Source: a virus
Taxonomy: Duplodnaviria > Caudoviricetes
DNA length: 64,000 nucleotides
Reading direction: 5' to 3' (one strand)
Virus record (IMG/VR): IMGVR_UViG_3300028840_002847
Span: 2,188 to 66,187 of that record
Shown: one piece after another, positions 26,844 to 37,778 of the stretch
How positions within the stretch are numbered: position 1 is the stretch's first letter
Layout: each line of letters starts with the position of its first letter
Notes under the pieces: generated by a model
Database searches by the model: none
Told to the model about the DNA's origin: nothing
What the model saw: only the letters and a program-made list of their open reading frames with translations
Translations under genes and position numbers: made by a program

Positions 26844-29800
26844 ATGGCAGGCGACGATGTATTCGCAAAACTAATTGCTGTAATCGGTATCGAGGGTCTC
26901 GATGCCGTAGGCAAAGCCCTTAATAAATACGTTAAGGACCTCAAGGCTACCGGGAAAACTGCTGGGGACGAATTGGGAAAGCAGGAATCCCGCTACCAGA
27001 AATGGTCTAAAAACGTTGCTAAGAGCGTCAATAGTAACGTAATGGCTTTCCGGACCGCGGGGAGATACCTCACGGTTATGGGGGGAGCCCTTACGGCTTT
27101 CTTCGCTAAGGGCGCAAAGGAATTTATAGCGTACGAAAAGGGTCTTGCCGAAGTCAGTACCATGCTTGCGGGTACTGGCGAACAGGTAGCCGGACAGATG
27201 GCTATCTATGATGAAGGGATAAGAAAGCTCTCCGTTTCCTTCAACCAATCTACCCAAACCCTCACCCGGGGATTGTATGATATCCTCTCTGCGTCCGTAG
27301 CCCCTGCGGAGGCCCTCGATGTATTAGCGACTTCCTCAATGGCAGCCACAGCGGGTTTAACTGATGTAAGGACCGCCGCCGATGCCGCAACCACAGTAAT
27401 GAACTCCTACGCCATGGCCGCGGATAATTCCGGCAAGGTGCAGGACACGCTCTGGGGAATTGTGCGGAGAGGGAAAGTAACCTACGAGCAGATAGCGACT
27501 ACCATAGGAAAAGTAGCGTCTATTGGTGCCGTAGCAGGACTGTCTTTTGAAGAGATGGCGGCTTCTATCGCAACGGCAACCCGTGCCGGGGTGAGATATC
27601 GGATAGCTACAACCGCCCTTAATGCTACTATCCTCTCTTTCCTCAAGGGATCCGACGAGTCAAAAGCTAAGGCCCGGGAGTTCGGGTTTGAGCTTGATGC
27701 GAATACCCTTAAGACGATCGGTCTGTCCGGGGTTATCGAAAGACTTGCCGGAGCCAATGATGCTCACCGGAAAGCTACCGCCGCAGATATAGCGGTCCTT
27801 TTCCAGAACCGCCGGGCACTTAGGTTAGTCAATCCCCTGTTACAGCAGATGGAAGGTTTCCTCTACGACGTGACCTATATGAGTCACGCCGCCGGCAACT
27901 CTCTGGTCGCCTTCAATAAAATCGCCAAGACTATGGACTTTCAGTTAGGGCAGTTAAACAAAGCTCTAAACCTGTTGATGATAGAAGCTTTTGAGCCCCT
28001 CGCTCCGATCGTCGGCGGGATTGCTGATATATTGTTCAAGTTCATTGAGATGATGCGGCAGATACCTGAACCTATCAGGGCGGCTATCGTTATCTTTACA
28101 GCGCTGACAGGTGTTCTTTTAACCCTCTCTGGTCTAATCCTTTTAATGATTCCCGGCATAGCGATTCTGTTGCCTAAGCTCGCAGCCATAGGGATAGTAG
28201 TAGGTTCTATTGTGGGCGCCGCTACCATTATCACCGGGATAGCTGTTGCTATAAAAGGCTCGGGAGACGAAGCTCGAGATGCCGTTCCCGCGATAGAGAA
28301 GTATTCAGACACCCTCGACGACATTCAGGAAAAGTTTACCAACTATTTAGACTTTAAGACTTCGGTAACAGAGCTTATTGAGCGAATTAAGAGCCTCATG
28401 GCTACGGAATCAGAGCTAACCGCTCAAGGGAAAGATGCTACTTCTATATCCAGAAAATTAGAACAAGCTCTTGCCGAACTCGCCGATATTGCTCCAAATG
28501 TTGCCGAGGCTTTTGACGGGACTGCCGGCAGTATAGATGATATGGAAGCCGCGGCTGCCGATGCGATTGCTACTATCGAAAGACTGACTGAGGTGCAGGT
28601 AGAAGCCCAGCTAAACGCCGCCGAAGCGGAGAGAATTGCCGCAGGGAAAGAAGCTGAGGAAGCGGCTGCTAGGCTCTTAAAAGTAGAGCAAGACAAACTC
28701 CAAGCTTCTAAGAATTGGCTTCGGTTTCAAAAAGAATCCGCGGGCATGATAGAAGAGTCTGAGTTTATCGTAAAGGGGATGGCTACCTCCTTGTCTAACG
28801 GGCTGACGATAGTTGAAGACCTTACCTATAATGCCGCCGAAGCCGCTGCTCATGCCAAGAAAGATTACGGGGAACTGTCTGCTTTAGAAGACGAGTTAAC
28901 CGCAAAAAAAGATATTTATAATAAAGCCATAGCGAGGGAAGAGGCTTTACGGAAGAAGCTCGGGGAGTTGCGGGACGGGGAGTTGACAGACGCTCGCACC
29001 GCGGTTGATATTGCCGCCCAAGAGGTATTCTATAAGAAGGCTCTTATCGATTTTGAAAACGGAGTCGCTCAAGCTCGCGGTGAGACTATCCATACCCTCG
29101 ACGAGTTACAGAAGAAGTATGAGGAAGCCCATGCTAAGGCAAAAGAAGTTTTCCTCGACGAGATGAAGGATAACGACGCCCGGCAGTCGGCTATGACGGC
29201 TCTAGGTGCCGCATGGGAAGAATACAAGGAATCTTATGATGCTGCCTATGAAGCAGAAGAAGACCTCTTAGACGAAACAGTAGACCGGGAGATTGAACAC
29301 TTTGGATTGCGGTTAGAAAATGCTGTAACCTACCTAAAGAAGAAGCTCGCCGCCGAAGAACTTAATGCCGCTCAGACTATGGCTATCCTTGACCGTATCT
29401 CTGTTTATGAGCAGGAAATTGCCGTCCAGCACGCCCAGATATGGATGGACGTAAATAATACGATTAAAGATTCCTATACCGACCTGCTTGTAGACTTGAT
29501 GGATTTTAGCGGGGACGCTAGCGATATTTTTGACAACTTTGCGGATAAGATCGGGAATGCCTTTAAGGAAGGGTTTGCTAAGGCGTTGGTTGAGAAGTCG
29601 GGCTTTGACGATATTTTTAAGGGCAACCTTCTGGATCTCGGTAGCTTTGTAGGCAATCTTGGAACGACTATCACAACTGTATTCAGCAATGTTTTTAATA
29701 CGGCGGGCACCGCAGTCGAGAGTTTCGCTTCCTTGTTCACAGGTTCCAGTGTGGGCGGGGGAGGACTCTTTTCAGGCTTTGCGGGCGCGGGGGCAGATGC

Positions 29801-32060
29801 GGCTGTTAGCTTAGACGGAGTAACAGGAGCTTCTACAGGGTTAGCTACTGCCATTACGAATACCTCCGGCGCAATATCGATGACTACCGGGGACCTTGCT
29901 CTAATGGGCGGGGAACTAGAGATAGTCACCAATACCGCAGGCGAAGTAATAAATGAAGTCTGGGTCCTCAAGGAGGGAATGTTTGGATTAGGGGAAGAGG
30001 TAGCCTTGACAACGGGGCAGATGGCAGACCTCGGAATAGTTGTAACCGAAGGGGGCGTCCAAGCCAGCGCCTCTGCCGCAGCCTTTGCGGAGATAGGAGC
30101 GGTAATCAATGCCGTTGCCGGTCCTATTGCTATGGGAACACTCGTAATCAACGGGTTGACCCAAGGTTTGTCTAAGATGGATGCCGCCTTAGAAGGTGGG
30201 GAAGACTCAGTAATGCTCTTTGGTGCGGGGCTAGGAAATCTAGTTGCCCCGATAACTTCCGTATTGCCGGACATGGGCGACTTCGACGATATGCTCAGTT
30301 CTATTGCCGCAGGAGTAGCTATCTTAGGACCGGGCCTCGGCACGCTAGCGGGTAGTTTTCTCGCTTTTGGAGAGAGTTTAGGAATTATCAGCCACGGGAA
30401 ATCATGGGAAGAAAACCTAGCTGACCATATTGAGAGCGCTCTGGAAAGCGGCCGTACTCAGGAAGTAATAGAGTTCTATTTTCAGACCTTATTTGAAGAT
30501 GCCCTTATGGGAGACGGAGGTTTTACTGAACTGATAGACATAACCGACGGTATTTTATCAGAAAACCTTGAGGCACGTTGGGCGTGGTATAGGAAGTATG
30601 TTGAGGGGCTGGGGATATTTACAGAGGAACAGCTTCAACAAATGCGGGACGCCTTGCAGTTATACGAAGATGCGGAGGACAGGCAGGAGGCTGCTCAACG
30701 GACTGCTCTTGATATAGCTAAACAGCAGATGGAGCGGTTTACTTGGCAGATGATGAACGAGGTTCCTTATCTCGCAGATGCCCTAGCAGGGGCTAGTGGA
30801 CTTTTAGAAGACGCATGGAACCAAGCTATTGAAAACGGGGTTACTTCTGTTGAGGGTCTGCGGGATATATTTGAACAGTTAATGATCGATTCCGGCGAAT
30901 ACTCCCAAGAGGTCATAGACAGGATGCTTACGGTATTCGACCAGAGTTCCTCCGCTTTTGACCTCACCCAAGATTTGGCTACTGCCGCCGGACACTTCTG
31001 GGAAGAATTCGCGGGGGATATAAAGAACGCCTTGGATGAAGCCGGGGTATCTATAACCGACTTCGAGACTAACCTTGAGCGTACTATGCAGTTTGCTATT
31101 GAGAAATTCGCCGATTTGAATTCTATCGAAATGTTCTTTGAAGGGGGCTGGGCGCAGATCGAGGAATGGCTTAAAACTATCCCGGGCATGACGGACGACC
31201 TCGTCGACAAGTTCATGGAAAGCATAATGGAGAACTGGGATTCAATCAGAGAGTTTGGATTTGAATTAGGAGATAACTTCGCGGAATTAGTAGAAGAAGG
31301 AATCAATAATGTTGAACCTGAAACAAGCATATTCGATAATATATTCCAAAACGCTGATGATGCTACTGACGAAGTAGACGATTTAGCTGATGCTCTCCAG
31401 CGCACTTTCCAGCAAGCCGAAGATGGAGCCGATAATGCGACAGTATCCCTAGACCAGTTTAACCAAGCCCTAGAGGACGCTCAGAAAGAGTCTAAAAAGA
31501 CGGGGCAGAGCCTGAGAGAAAGCCTTGAGGGCACCCTGCGGCAGTTACCGGAAGTCACCGAGGAAATGATTCAGCAGATGCTCGACATGTTCGATGCTGG
31601 AGATTGGAGTATAGAATATCTAATCTCCGAAGAAGGTTACTCCGAACTAATAGATTTATTAAATGCTATCCCCACGGAGATAACCACGACTGTAAATGTT
31701 TCAGAGAATAATGAAAACGATACAGAGAGCGTCTTAGACAATATCTTAAATGGAGCGAAGGGAACTGCTGGCGGCCGTCGCGGTTCTTCTCCTGTCCTTG
31801 ATGCGGTTGACAGTATTGTAAACGGGTTGACTGATCTAGGTGTAAGCCCTCAGATTATCTCACCCACTCCCGTAGGGTTTAAGGGCGGAGTAGCTGACAT
31901 CTTGCCATCTTCGACAGAACCGCTTATTATAAATAATAAGTTCGTAATCGAAGGGGGAATGATAGACGACCCTATTTATTGGCAAAAAGTAGTTAGGGAC
32001 AAAGTAATCCCTAATATAGACGATGAACTCTCTCGATACGGCAAAAGATTAAGAGGTTAG
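26844..32060 (+). CDS. tail tape measure protein
   Basis: 1738 aa, Ala-rich helical; TP901-like core (GLYDILSAS..AATAGLTD..RGKVTYEQ); hydrophobic segments. Confidence 0.95.
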   Translation: MAGDDVFAKLIAVIGIEGLDAVGKALNKYVKDLKATGKTAGDELGKQESRYQKWSKNVAKSVNSNVMAFRTAGRYLTVMGGALTAFFAKGAKEFIAYEKGLAEVSTMLAGTGEQVAGQMAIYDEGIRKLSVSFNQSTQTLTRGLYDILSASVAPAEALDVLATSSMAATAGLTDVRTAADAATTVMNSYAMAADNSGKVQDTLWGIVRRGKVTYEQIATTIGKVASIGAVAGLSFEEMAASIATATRAGVRYRIATTALNATILSFLKGSDESKAKAREFGFELDANTLKTIGLSGVIERLAGANDAHRKATAADIAVLFQNRRALRLVNPLLQQMEGFLYDVTYMSHAAGNSLVAFNKIAKTMDFQLGQLNKALNLLMIEAFEPLAPIVGGIADILFKFIEMMRQIPEPIRAAIVIFTALTGVLLTLSGLILLMIPGIAILLPKLAAIGIVVGSIVGAATIITGIAVAIKGSGDEARDAVPAIEKYSDTLDDIQEKFTNYLDFKTSVTELIERIKSLMATESELTAQGKDATSISRKLEQALAELADIAPNVAEAFDGTAGSIDDMEAAAADAIATIERLTEVQVEAQLNAAEAERIAAGKEAEEAAARLLKVEQDKLQASKNWLRFQKESAGMIEESEFIVKGMATSLSNGLTIVEDLTYNAAEAAAHAKKDYGELSALEDELTAKKDIYNKAIAREEALRKKLGELRDGELTDARTAVDIAAQEVFYKKALIDFENGVAQARGETIHTLDELQKKYEEAHAKAKEVFLDEMKDNDARQSAMTALGAAWEEYKESYDAAYEAEEDLLDETVDREIEHFGLRLENAVTYLKKKLAAEELNAAQTMAILDRISVYEQEIAVQHAQIWMDVNNTIKDSYTDLLVDLMDFSGDASDIFDNFADKIGNAFKEGFAKALVEKSGFDDIFKGNLLDLGSFVGNLGTTITTVFSNVFNTAGTAVESFASLFTGSSVGGGGLFSGFAGAGADAAVSLDGVTGASTGLATAITNTSGAISMTTGDLALMGGELEIVTNTAGEVINEVWVLKEGMFGLGEEVALTTGQMADLGIVVTEGGVQASASAAAFAEIGAVINAVAGPIAMGTLVINGLTQGLSKMDAALEGGEDSVMLFGAGLGNLVAPITSVLPDMGDFDDMLSSIAAGVAILGPGLGTLAGSFLAFGESLGIISHGKSWEENLADHIESALESGRTQEVIEFYFQTLFEDALMGDGGFTELIDITDGILSENLEARWAWYRKYVEGLGIFTEEQLQQMRDALQLYEDAEDRQEAAQRTALDIAKQQMERFTWQMMNEVPYLADALAGASGLLEDAWNQAIENGVTSVEGLRDIFEQLMIDSGEYSQEVIDRMLTVFDQSSSAFDLTQDLATAAGHFWEEFAGDIKNALDEAGVSITDFETNLERTMQFAIEKFADLNSIEMFFEGGWAQIEEWLKTIPGMTDDLVDKFMESIMENWDSIREFGFELGDNFAELVEEGINNVEPETSIFDNIFQNADDATDEVDDLADALQRTFQQAEDGADNATVSLDQFNQALEDAQKESKKTGQSLRESLEGTLRQLPEVTEEMIQQMLDMFDAGDWSIEYLISEEGYSELIDLLNAIPTEITTTVNVSENNENDTESVLDNILNGAKGTAGGRRGSSPVLDAVDSIVNGLTDLGVSPQIISPTPVGFKGGVADILPSSTEPLIINNKFVIEGGMIDDPIYWQKVVRDKVIPNIDDELSRYGKRLRG

Positions 32061-32062
32061 AA

Positions 32063-32560
32063 ATGAGTGGATCACGAAGAAAAATGTTAGACGGACCAGT
32101 GTTTAGGTTCACTTATTATTGGAGCGGGCTTTACCCTGTGATATACGACCTTGATTTATCGGGGACAGGTTGTGATCAGAAAATAAACTGGGACAGGATA
32201 GCGACGGAACACACTCTTGACAGGGGTAATTATAAGCGATACCTTAAAGGTTTTCAACTCAACGCCACCTTAACTTGGGGAGACAATGCTCTCCTTGAGG
32301 CAACGATGTTGGACACTGACAGTTACACCGGGAGGACGGAACAGTTAGTGAACCTCATGTTTAATACTACTTGTAACGATGATATATTCTATTGGCCTTT
32401 CCCGGGAGCACACCCTACGGTATACTTTAAGGTAATCTGGAAAGGTAACTATAATTTTAATTATGTAACCGGATTAGTAGGAACAGGTTTTCAAGGTGTG
32501 ATAAATCTAATTGGCGCCGATGTCCTAGAAAAGAGTCCTACATTTCAGTCGGGGGTATAA
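32063..32560 (+). CDS. distal tail protein (putative)
   Basis: 165 aa directly after the tape measure gene. Confidence 0.55.
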   Translation: MSGSRRKMLDGPVFRFTYYWSGLYPVIYDLDLSGTGCDQKINWDRIATEHTLDRGNYKRYLKGFQLNATLTWGDNALLEATMLDTDSYTGRTEQLVNLMFNTTCNDDIFYWPFPGAHPTVYFKVIWKGNYNFNYVTGLVGTGFQGVINLIGADVLEKSPTFQSGV

Positions 32561-32561
32561 A

Positions 32562-32756
32562 ATGAGAAGTTCAATGAGGCTGGCCTTTGAGTGTCCGTGG
32601 TGTAAACGCCCGTGTGGGTATGCTATGGACCGCAACGGCATGGTGCATAATAATGAAACTATAGGTCGGGCAAACGGCGATTTTATTCCATGCCCTGTCT
32701 GCAAAGGACCGATAGAAGTAATGGTCAACGTTCAATTTCACAAGAAGGAGAAATAG
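32562..32756 (+). CDS. small zinc-ribbon protein
   Basis: CPWC...CPVC; tight packing with neighbours. Confidence 0.55.
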   Translation: MRSSMRLAFECPWCKRPCGYAMDRNGMVHNNETIGRANGDFIPCPVCKGPIEVMVNVQFHKKEK

Positions 32757-32757
32757 C

Positions 32758-33834
32758 ATGAGTATTCCTATCATGGAAGGATTTTCAGGTTCAATTCCTA
32801 CCTCAGCTAATAAATTCGCCGATTCAGATGTTGCGGCCTTCCGTCTGCCCGTAGTAGAGCCGGGAGGGGAATCGATAAACGAAAATAGTTGGTGGTATAA
32901 TCTAGGTTATGCCAACCTGTATAATGCTCAACTCTCCCTCGTTGAGGGAGGGACTATGGATACGGGGGCCGATGCCGACACTATTGATGTAATGGCAATA
33001 AAGCAGAGCGGCGGTTATATTCTTGCTCAAGCTACCCCGGCGACAGTAGCGAATACTTCTGGCTGGGCAATACCGATAGACGCTACATTTCAGCCCTTCG
33101 TTTCATATTTTAGGGCAGGTATAAAATGGAATCCTCCCCTCGGCGCAACCGTAGGAGTAATAAGAAAATGCTTTCAATGGGACGGGTCTTATTATCCTAA
33201 TACGTGGGATTTCGTTTATTACCCTATGGCAAATGAATACTATCCCGATTCCACTTTTTATTCTGACCCAATGAGTGTGTTTACTAGCGGAGGTTCTGTA
33301 AATATAAGAGCTAAAGCGGGCTGTTCAACTGGGTATTGTTTAACGTTAGTTGCTGATAAACCCTTTCTCTCAGACACATATCAACTGTATGAACATAGCA
33401 CTGCCGGTGACCCATGGGTAGATGGTGTAAACAACGCTACTGGTTATGTAATAGAGTTTCGGATAGAGGACTGGGGGTTTGGACTTCTCTCTCCCGAGCT
33501 TAATAACTTTTCGATAGAGATAAGGGACGGAACTTATTCCTATGAAATTTATATCACAGGCGAAGGAGTGATTGACGCTTCGGGTTTCGCAACTCCGATT
33601 TCTGATGACTTTAGTACCGATGAACTCAACACTTATCAAATTAAGGTTCAAGGTTCTTCTTTTGAGATATATCGTAATGGTGTTTTACGAGCAAGCTCAA
33701 CATTAAATGTAGCATCTCCGTTAAAGAAATTTGGGTTTAAGGTTACATCTTTAACAGGGGCCTCCAATGGAGCAAAATGGTATTTAGACTATATTAAGTA
33801 TTTTCTTGGTGGAACCACCCCTCCGATTTTCTAA
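32758..33834 (+). CDS. tail protein with lectin/LamG-like C-terminal beta-sandwich
   Basis: aromatic- and Ser/Thr-rich; TYQIKVQG..FEIYRNG..WYLDYIKY. Confidence 0.55.
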   Translation: MSIPIMEGFSGSIPTSANKFADSDVAAFRLPVVEPGGESINENSWWYNLGYANLYNAQLSLVEGGTMDTGADADTIDVMAIKQSGGYILAQATPATVANTSGWAIPIDATFQPFVSYFRAGIKWNPPLGATVGVIRKCFQWDGSYYPNTWDFVYYPMANEYYPDSTFYSDPMSVFTSGGSVNIRAKAGCSTGYCLTLVADKPFLSDTYQLYEHSTAGDPWVDGVNNATGYVIEFRIEDWGFGLLSPELNNFSIEIRDGTYSYEIYITGEGVIDASGFATPISDDFSTDELNTYQIKVQGSSFEIYRNGVLRASSTLNVASPLKKFGFKVTSLTGASNGAKWYLDYIKYFLGGTTPPIF

Positions 33835-33845
33835 AAGGAGCCGAG

Positions 33846-36800
33846 ATGGCTAATATCCTCCTTAACCGCAGTTTCGAGACGGGGAATATTGATAACTGGA
33901 ACCTCTACCCTATCGGGACTTCTCAATCCTCAGACCAAGCCTTTGATGGAACATACTCCTGCAAGATAGAAAACCCGACAACCGACTATTCTCACAGGGG
34001 AGTTGAGTCCGATCAGGTTCCCGCAGGAGCCGGGTTATCTTATACCGTAGGGGCGTGGTTTTATATTGAAGATACTGGCTCGGGGATACCTGCTTCTTCT
34101 ACTGCTACTCATGTCAGAATGCGGCTAGCTTTCTATGATTCAGCTCATACACTTATCAGCTATGGAGTTTATAATCCCTCTTACCCTGATTGGGGTTATA
34201 CAAATATCAATATCTGGGACTCATGGTTTTATAAGTTTTTTTCGTTTACTGCCCCGGCTTATACTCAATATGTTTCAGTAATTCTTGAAGCTAGAGAAGA
34301 AAATAACCCTTCGCCTCCTCCTACCGGGCAACCCGATAATAACGTATATTTCGACTATGCAATCATAGAAGAAACCTACCCGGATTATTCAGCGGATAAC
34401 CAACGTATCTTGAGTTGTATTGGTGCCCATTACGATGAAGACGACCAAAGAATTCTTAGTGCGATAGGGGCGGCTCATAGCGCAGATAACCAGAGAATCT
34501 GGGGGTATATTATGGACGACCTTCCCTCAGACGACAGTTATAGGATATGGGGTTTAATTGCAGAACATTGTATTCACACTAATTTTCTAATAGTAGGTGA
34601 AATAACAAGGCGAACGGAGTGGCTTGATGAACCCGATACGGGCTTCCTTGCCGAAGAAGCGAAAGCCTGTAATTTTCCTCAGCGCCGTGTCCTTTATTTC
34701 CATGACCTACTTCCTGTTAATCCAGTACCCGGCCCCGGTGGAGCTACTAGATATATTGACCTTACCGAGAAGGTAATGCAGATCGGTTCCATTAATCGAG
34801 ATATCCCTGTCTCCCCTACCGATAGTCCAGAGTTAATCGTATCAGACTTAAAGCTCTCAGTAAGTAATAGAGATTACTATTTCTCAGACCGTTCGGCTGA
34901 CAGCCCTTTTTACGGCATTCTATCTGCAGGAGGGAATTATATTGGTTGGAAAGACGGGGGAAGGATAGAGATATGGTGCGGGTTTAATTATCCTCCTAAT
35001 GTTACCAAGCTCATCAAGAAAGCTAAGATGGTAATTGTAAGTATCGAAACCCAAAGCGATACAGGGACAGCATCAATCTCGCTCAGGGATTATGTAAGCA
35101 ATATCCTTGATATTCAAGTTGGTTTGCCGGATGCCTTAACCGGGGCTGAGCGTCCATTAGAATACCCTGTTCAGAATATAATAGCAGGGACTAACGGGGC
35201 TCTAAACTTTTACACTAATCTAGCTGGTTGGGTCACGGTCACTTTGCCGACGGGGTCTTACGGCAAGCATACCCGAGCGATAATAATGACCGAGCTTATG
35301 AATGCCAGTGCATTGGTTACGCTGACGGGTGATGATATGGAAGAGTTCAAGGTTGAGTTTGACGAAGAAACTCAGCGATATACTTTTTCATTTTCGGGTG
35401 GTGGTACTTCTCCCGGTATCACAACCTTTAAGGTGTCTACCCAAGTTGCCGGGGCGGCGTATGTTCCTTTTGCCCTTGGCGGCTGGACGATCTATGATGC
35501 GGACATTGCAAACAACAACCCTGATATTTTATCCCCCAATGACCTTACTGCTACCGTAATCAATTTCACTACTTTGTTAGAAAATCTGCTTGAGGACGAC
35601 GGAGGAATGCTCGCGGTAGATGTTGATATTGAAACTATCGCCGGAATCAATTTCATGAATGTTAGGTGGGATAGTTCTTCTCTCCTAAGTTGCATATCGG
35701 AAGTTGCTCAATGCGGCATGGGCGCGATGTGGATGACAGACGACGGCGTTGTATATTTTAAGACCTTTAATAATCTTGTCGGGACAGTGTCTAAGGCGTT
35801 GGAAGTAGAAACAGATTATAGAAGGATAAAATATATCGGGCAAGACGCAGATAATAAGATAAGGAAAGTAACCGTTACCGGGAAATTCGAGGCAGCCTAT
35901 GCGGAGGTAGATTCCGGCAGCGAGATTGGAACAGAATATAATATCACGAATAATCTTGTAGAGACCGAGGCGCTGGCTACTTCTATGGCGGAAGCCTATT
36001 TTTCGCGATACAATGTTGTCCCTGTCTCGTTAAAAATCGAGGGAGAGTATCTACCCTCTTTAGAGTTAACGGACAGAGTATCAGTAGTTGACCCTTCGTC
36101 TCCGAACGCCATGTTAGGGCAAGTCACGAAGCTAAATCTTAATCCGAGTAGCTTTACTTCCCAGATAGAATTACACCCCTTTGTGCTTTCTCATACGTGG
36201 AAGGGTAGAGCAGATTGGGAGAGTTATGTTTCGCCTGACGGCGGTCTTTATGTTCCCCACGATAGGGATTATCTGCAAACAAAATTGCTTGCCTTAACAG
36301 GAGACCGGTCTTATGTCTTTGATTCGGGATCGGTTGGAACTCGCTGGGTAAACCTCGTCTATGAAGCAGACCTTAGTCATAAAGTATTCTTTTTAGACCA
36401 TGCCGACGAAAGTTGGATAGGGCGATATACTTTTGGTACCCTCGGTTCCCAGAATATAAATCTAGGGGCTTACAGTTACGATGCTACAAATTACCGAATG
36501 ATAATTCAGGCGTCAGCAGATAACACTTCGGTCTTTGCGGTTGTAGATGGGCTGTTAGACGAAGTAGGGGGCGGACATTATAGCGACTATACTATTTCTA
36601 ATGCTTGGCTCATGACGGGAATATTAGGCAATCCGGTTGACCCCGCTGATTGGACATTACAGAATCAAGGGCATTACTTTGGTCAAGTTATTAGACACCT
36701 TAACTCTCAAAACTATCTCTTAGCCTTTGTAAAATGCTTAGGGGGTTCATCTTCCCCCCGGCTAGCCGCATTTATGGGCGGCAGCCTAGTCGAATACCTT

Positions 36801-37220
36801 AATCAGTCCTATTACGATGCCGGGGGAGGCTATGCTTATCTATCCCTTGATTCAGTTTATAGCCAGCAGGTAGGATTTTATGGAACAACGGGCCATCAAG
36901 CTATACCTAATCATATCGATCAAGGTGAATTTCCTTTAACCAGTTCGCTCCCAGTAGGTCCGACATTAGCCGGGGTAGGGTTCGCACGGTGCTCAGGATA
37001 TATTTATAATACTGAGATGTGGACCTATTTAGCTCCTGACGCTTTAGATCCTACGTTTGAATATTATACCTCTCCTGATGGTATCGTGTGGGCGGGACCA
37101 TATTCATCTATATCAGGATTGTCGGGGCGTTATATAAAGATCAAAGTAACTCTTTCCAGAGCCACTAAGTATGATACAATTCCTTTTCTTAAATCTATGA
37201 CTGTCAGTTATTCATCTTAA
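33846..37220 (+). CDS. tail tip/hub protein with N-terminal carbohydrate-binding-like domain
   Basis: NILLNRSFETG..W start, VYFD end of domain; hub-like DGVVYFK and LELTDRV motifs. Confidence 0.7.
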   Translation: MANILLNRSFETGNIDNWNLYPIGTSQSSDQAFDGTYSCKIENPTTDYSHRGVESDQVPAGAGLSYTVGAWFYIEDTGSGIPASSTATHVRMRLAFYDSAHTLISYGVYNPSYPDWGYTNINIWDSWFYKFFSFTAPAYTQYVSVILEAREENNPSPPPTGQPDNNVYFDYAIIEETYPDYSADNQRILSCIGAHYDEDDQRILSAIGAAHSADNQRIWGYIMDDLPSDDSYRIWGLIAEHCIHTNFLIVGEITRRTEWLDEPDTGFLAEEAKACNFPQRRVLYFHDLLPVNPVPGPGGATRYIDLTEKVMQIGSINRDIPVSPTDSPELIVSDLKLSVSNRDYYFSDRSADSPFYGILSAGGNYIGWKDGGRIEIWCGFNYPPNVTKLIKKAKMVIVSIETQSDTGTASISLRDYVSNILDIQVGLPDALTGAERPLEYPVQNIIAGTNGALNFYTNLAGWVTVTLPTGSYGKHTRAIIMTELMNASALVTLTGDDMEEFKVEFDEETQRYTFSFSGGGTSPGITTFKVSTQVAGAAYVPFALGGWTIYDADIANNNPDILSPNDLTATVINFTTLLENLLEDDGGMLAVDVDIETIAGINFMNVRWDSSSLLSCISEVAQCGMGAMWMTDDGVVYFKTFNNLVGTVSKALEVETDYRRIKYIGQDADNKIRKVTVTGKFEAAYAEVDSGSEIGTEYNITNNLVETEALATSMAEAYFSRYNVVPVSLKIEGEYLPSLELTDRVSVVDPSSPNAMLGQVTKLNLNPSSFTSQIELHPFVLSHTWKGRADWESYVSPDGGLYVPHDRDYLQTKLLALTGDRSYVFDSGSVGTRWVNLVYEADLSHKVFFLDHADESWIGRYTFGTLGSQNINLGAYSYDATNYRMIIQASADNTSVFAVVDGLLDEVGGGHYSDYTISNAWLMTGILGNPVDPADWTLQNQGHYFGQVIRHLNSQNYLLAFVKCLGGSSSPRLAAFMGGSLVEYLNQSYYDAGGGYAYLSLDSVYSQQVGFYGTTGHQAIPNHIDQGEFPLTSSLPVGPTLAGVGFARCSGYIYNTEMWTYLAPDALDPTFEYYTSPDGIVWAGPYSSISGLSGRYIKIKVTLSRATKYDTIPFLKSMTVSYSS

Positions 37221-37239
37221 CCGTGGGAGGATAAATATA

Positions 37240-37773
37240 ATGCCAGCCGCAATATCACCACTTCTGTCTTTTGTCGAGTCCGGCATGGTCTGCGCTGAGA
37301 TCGGTGTGCAGGAAGCGAAAAGCAGCGTGCTACTTCTTGAGCAAGATATAAAACTGCTCTATGCTATCGACCCTTGGGCACCCTCGCCCTACTATTTAGA
37401 AGGAAAATTCTGTTTAGGCGACTTTCCGGTCTGGGAAGCCCGCGCAATGGCACGATTAAAGCCGTATATCAACGCAGGACGGGTTATTGTGCTTAAAATG
37501 GGTTCAACCCAAGGGGCGGGGGAGATAGCCGCTCAGAGCTTAGATTTCGCGTTTATTGACGGCAATCACACCTTCTCGTATGTAACTACTGATATTCAGA
37601 ATTATTGGATAAGAGTAAAGCCGGGTGGGATATTAAGCGGACACGATTACGTTCCCAGTGCTGGGCGGGAACATATACAGGTAAAAGAGGCGGTAGACAC
37701 ATGGATAAAGACACGGCCCAACTTAAAACTAGAAAAGCACGGGGACTGCTGGATGATCAGAAAGCCATTGTAA
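37240..37773 (+). CDS. class I SAM methyltransferase (Methyltransf_24-like)
   Basis: AEIGV, AIDPW, FIDGNH, KPGGILSGHDY. Confidence 0.9.
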   Translation: MPAAISPLLSFVESGMVCAEIGVQEAKSSVLLLEQDIKLLYAIDPWAPSPYYLEGKFCLGDFPVWEARAMARLKPYINAGRVIVLKMGSTQGAGEIAAQSLDFAFIDGNHTFSYVTTDIQNYWIRVKPGGILSGHDYVPSAGREHIQVKEAVDTWIKTRPNLKLEKHGDCWMIRKPL

Positions 37774-37778
37774 AGCGT

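Noticed and set aside
29474-31405. Long minus-strand ORFs (289 and 212 aa)
   Set aside because: Antisense shadows of the tape measure gene caused by codon bias
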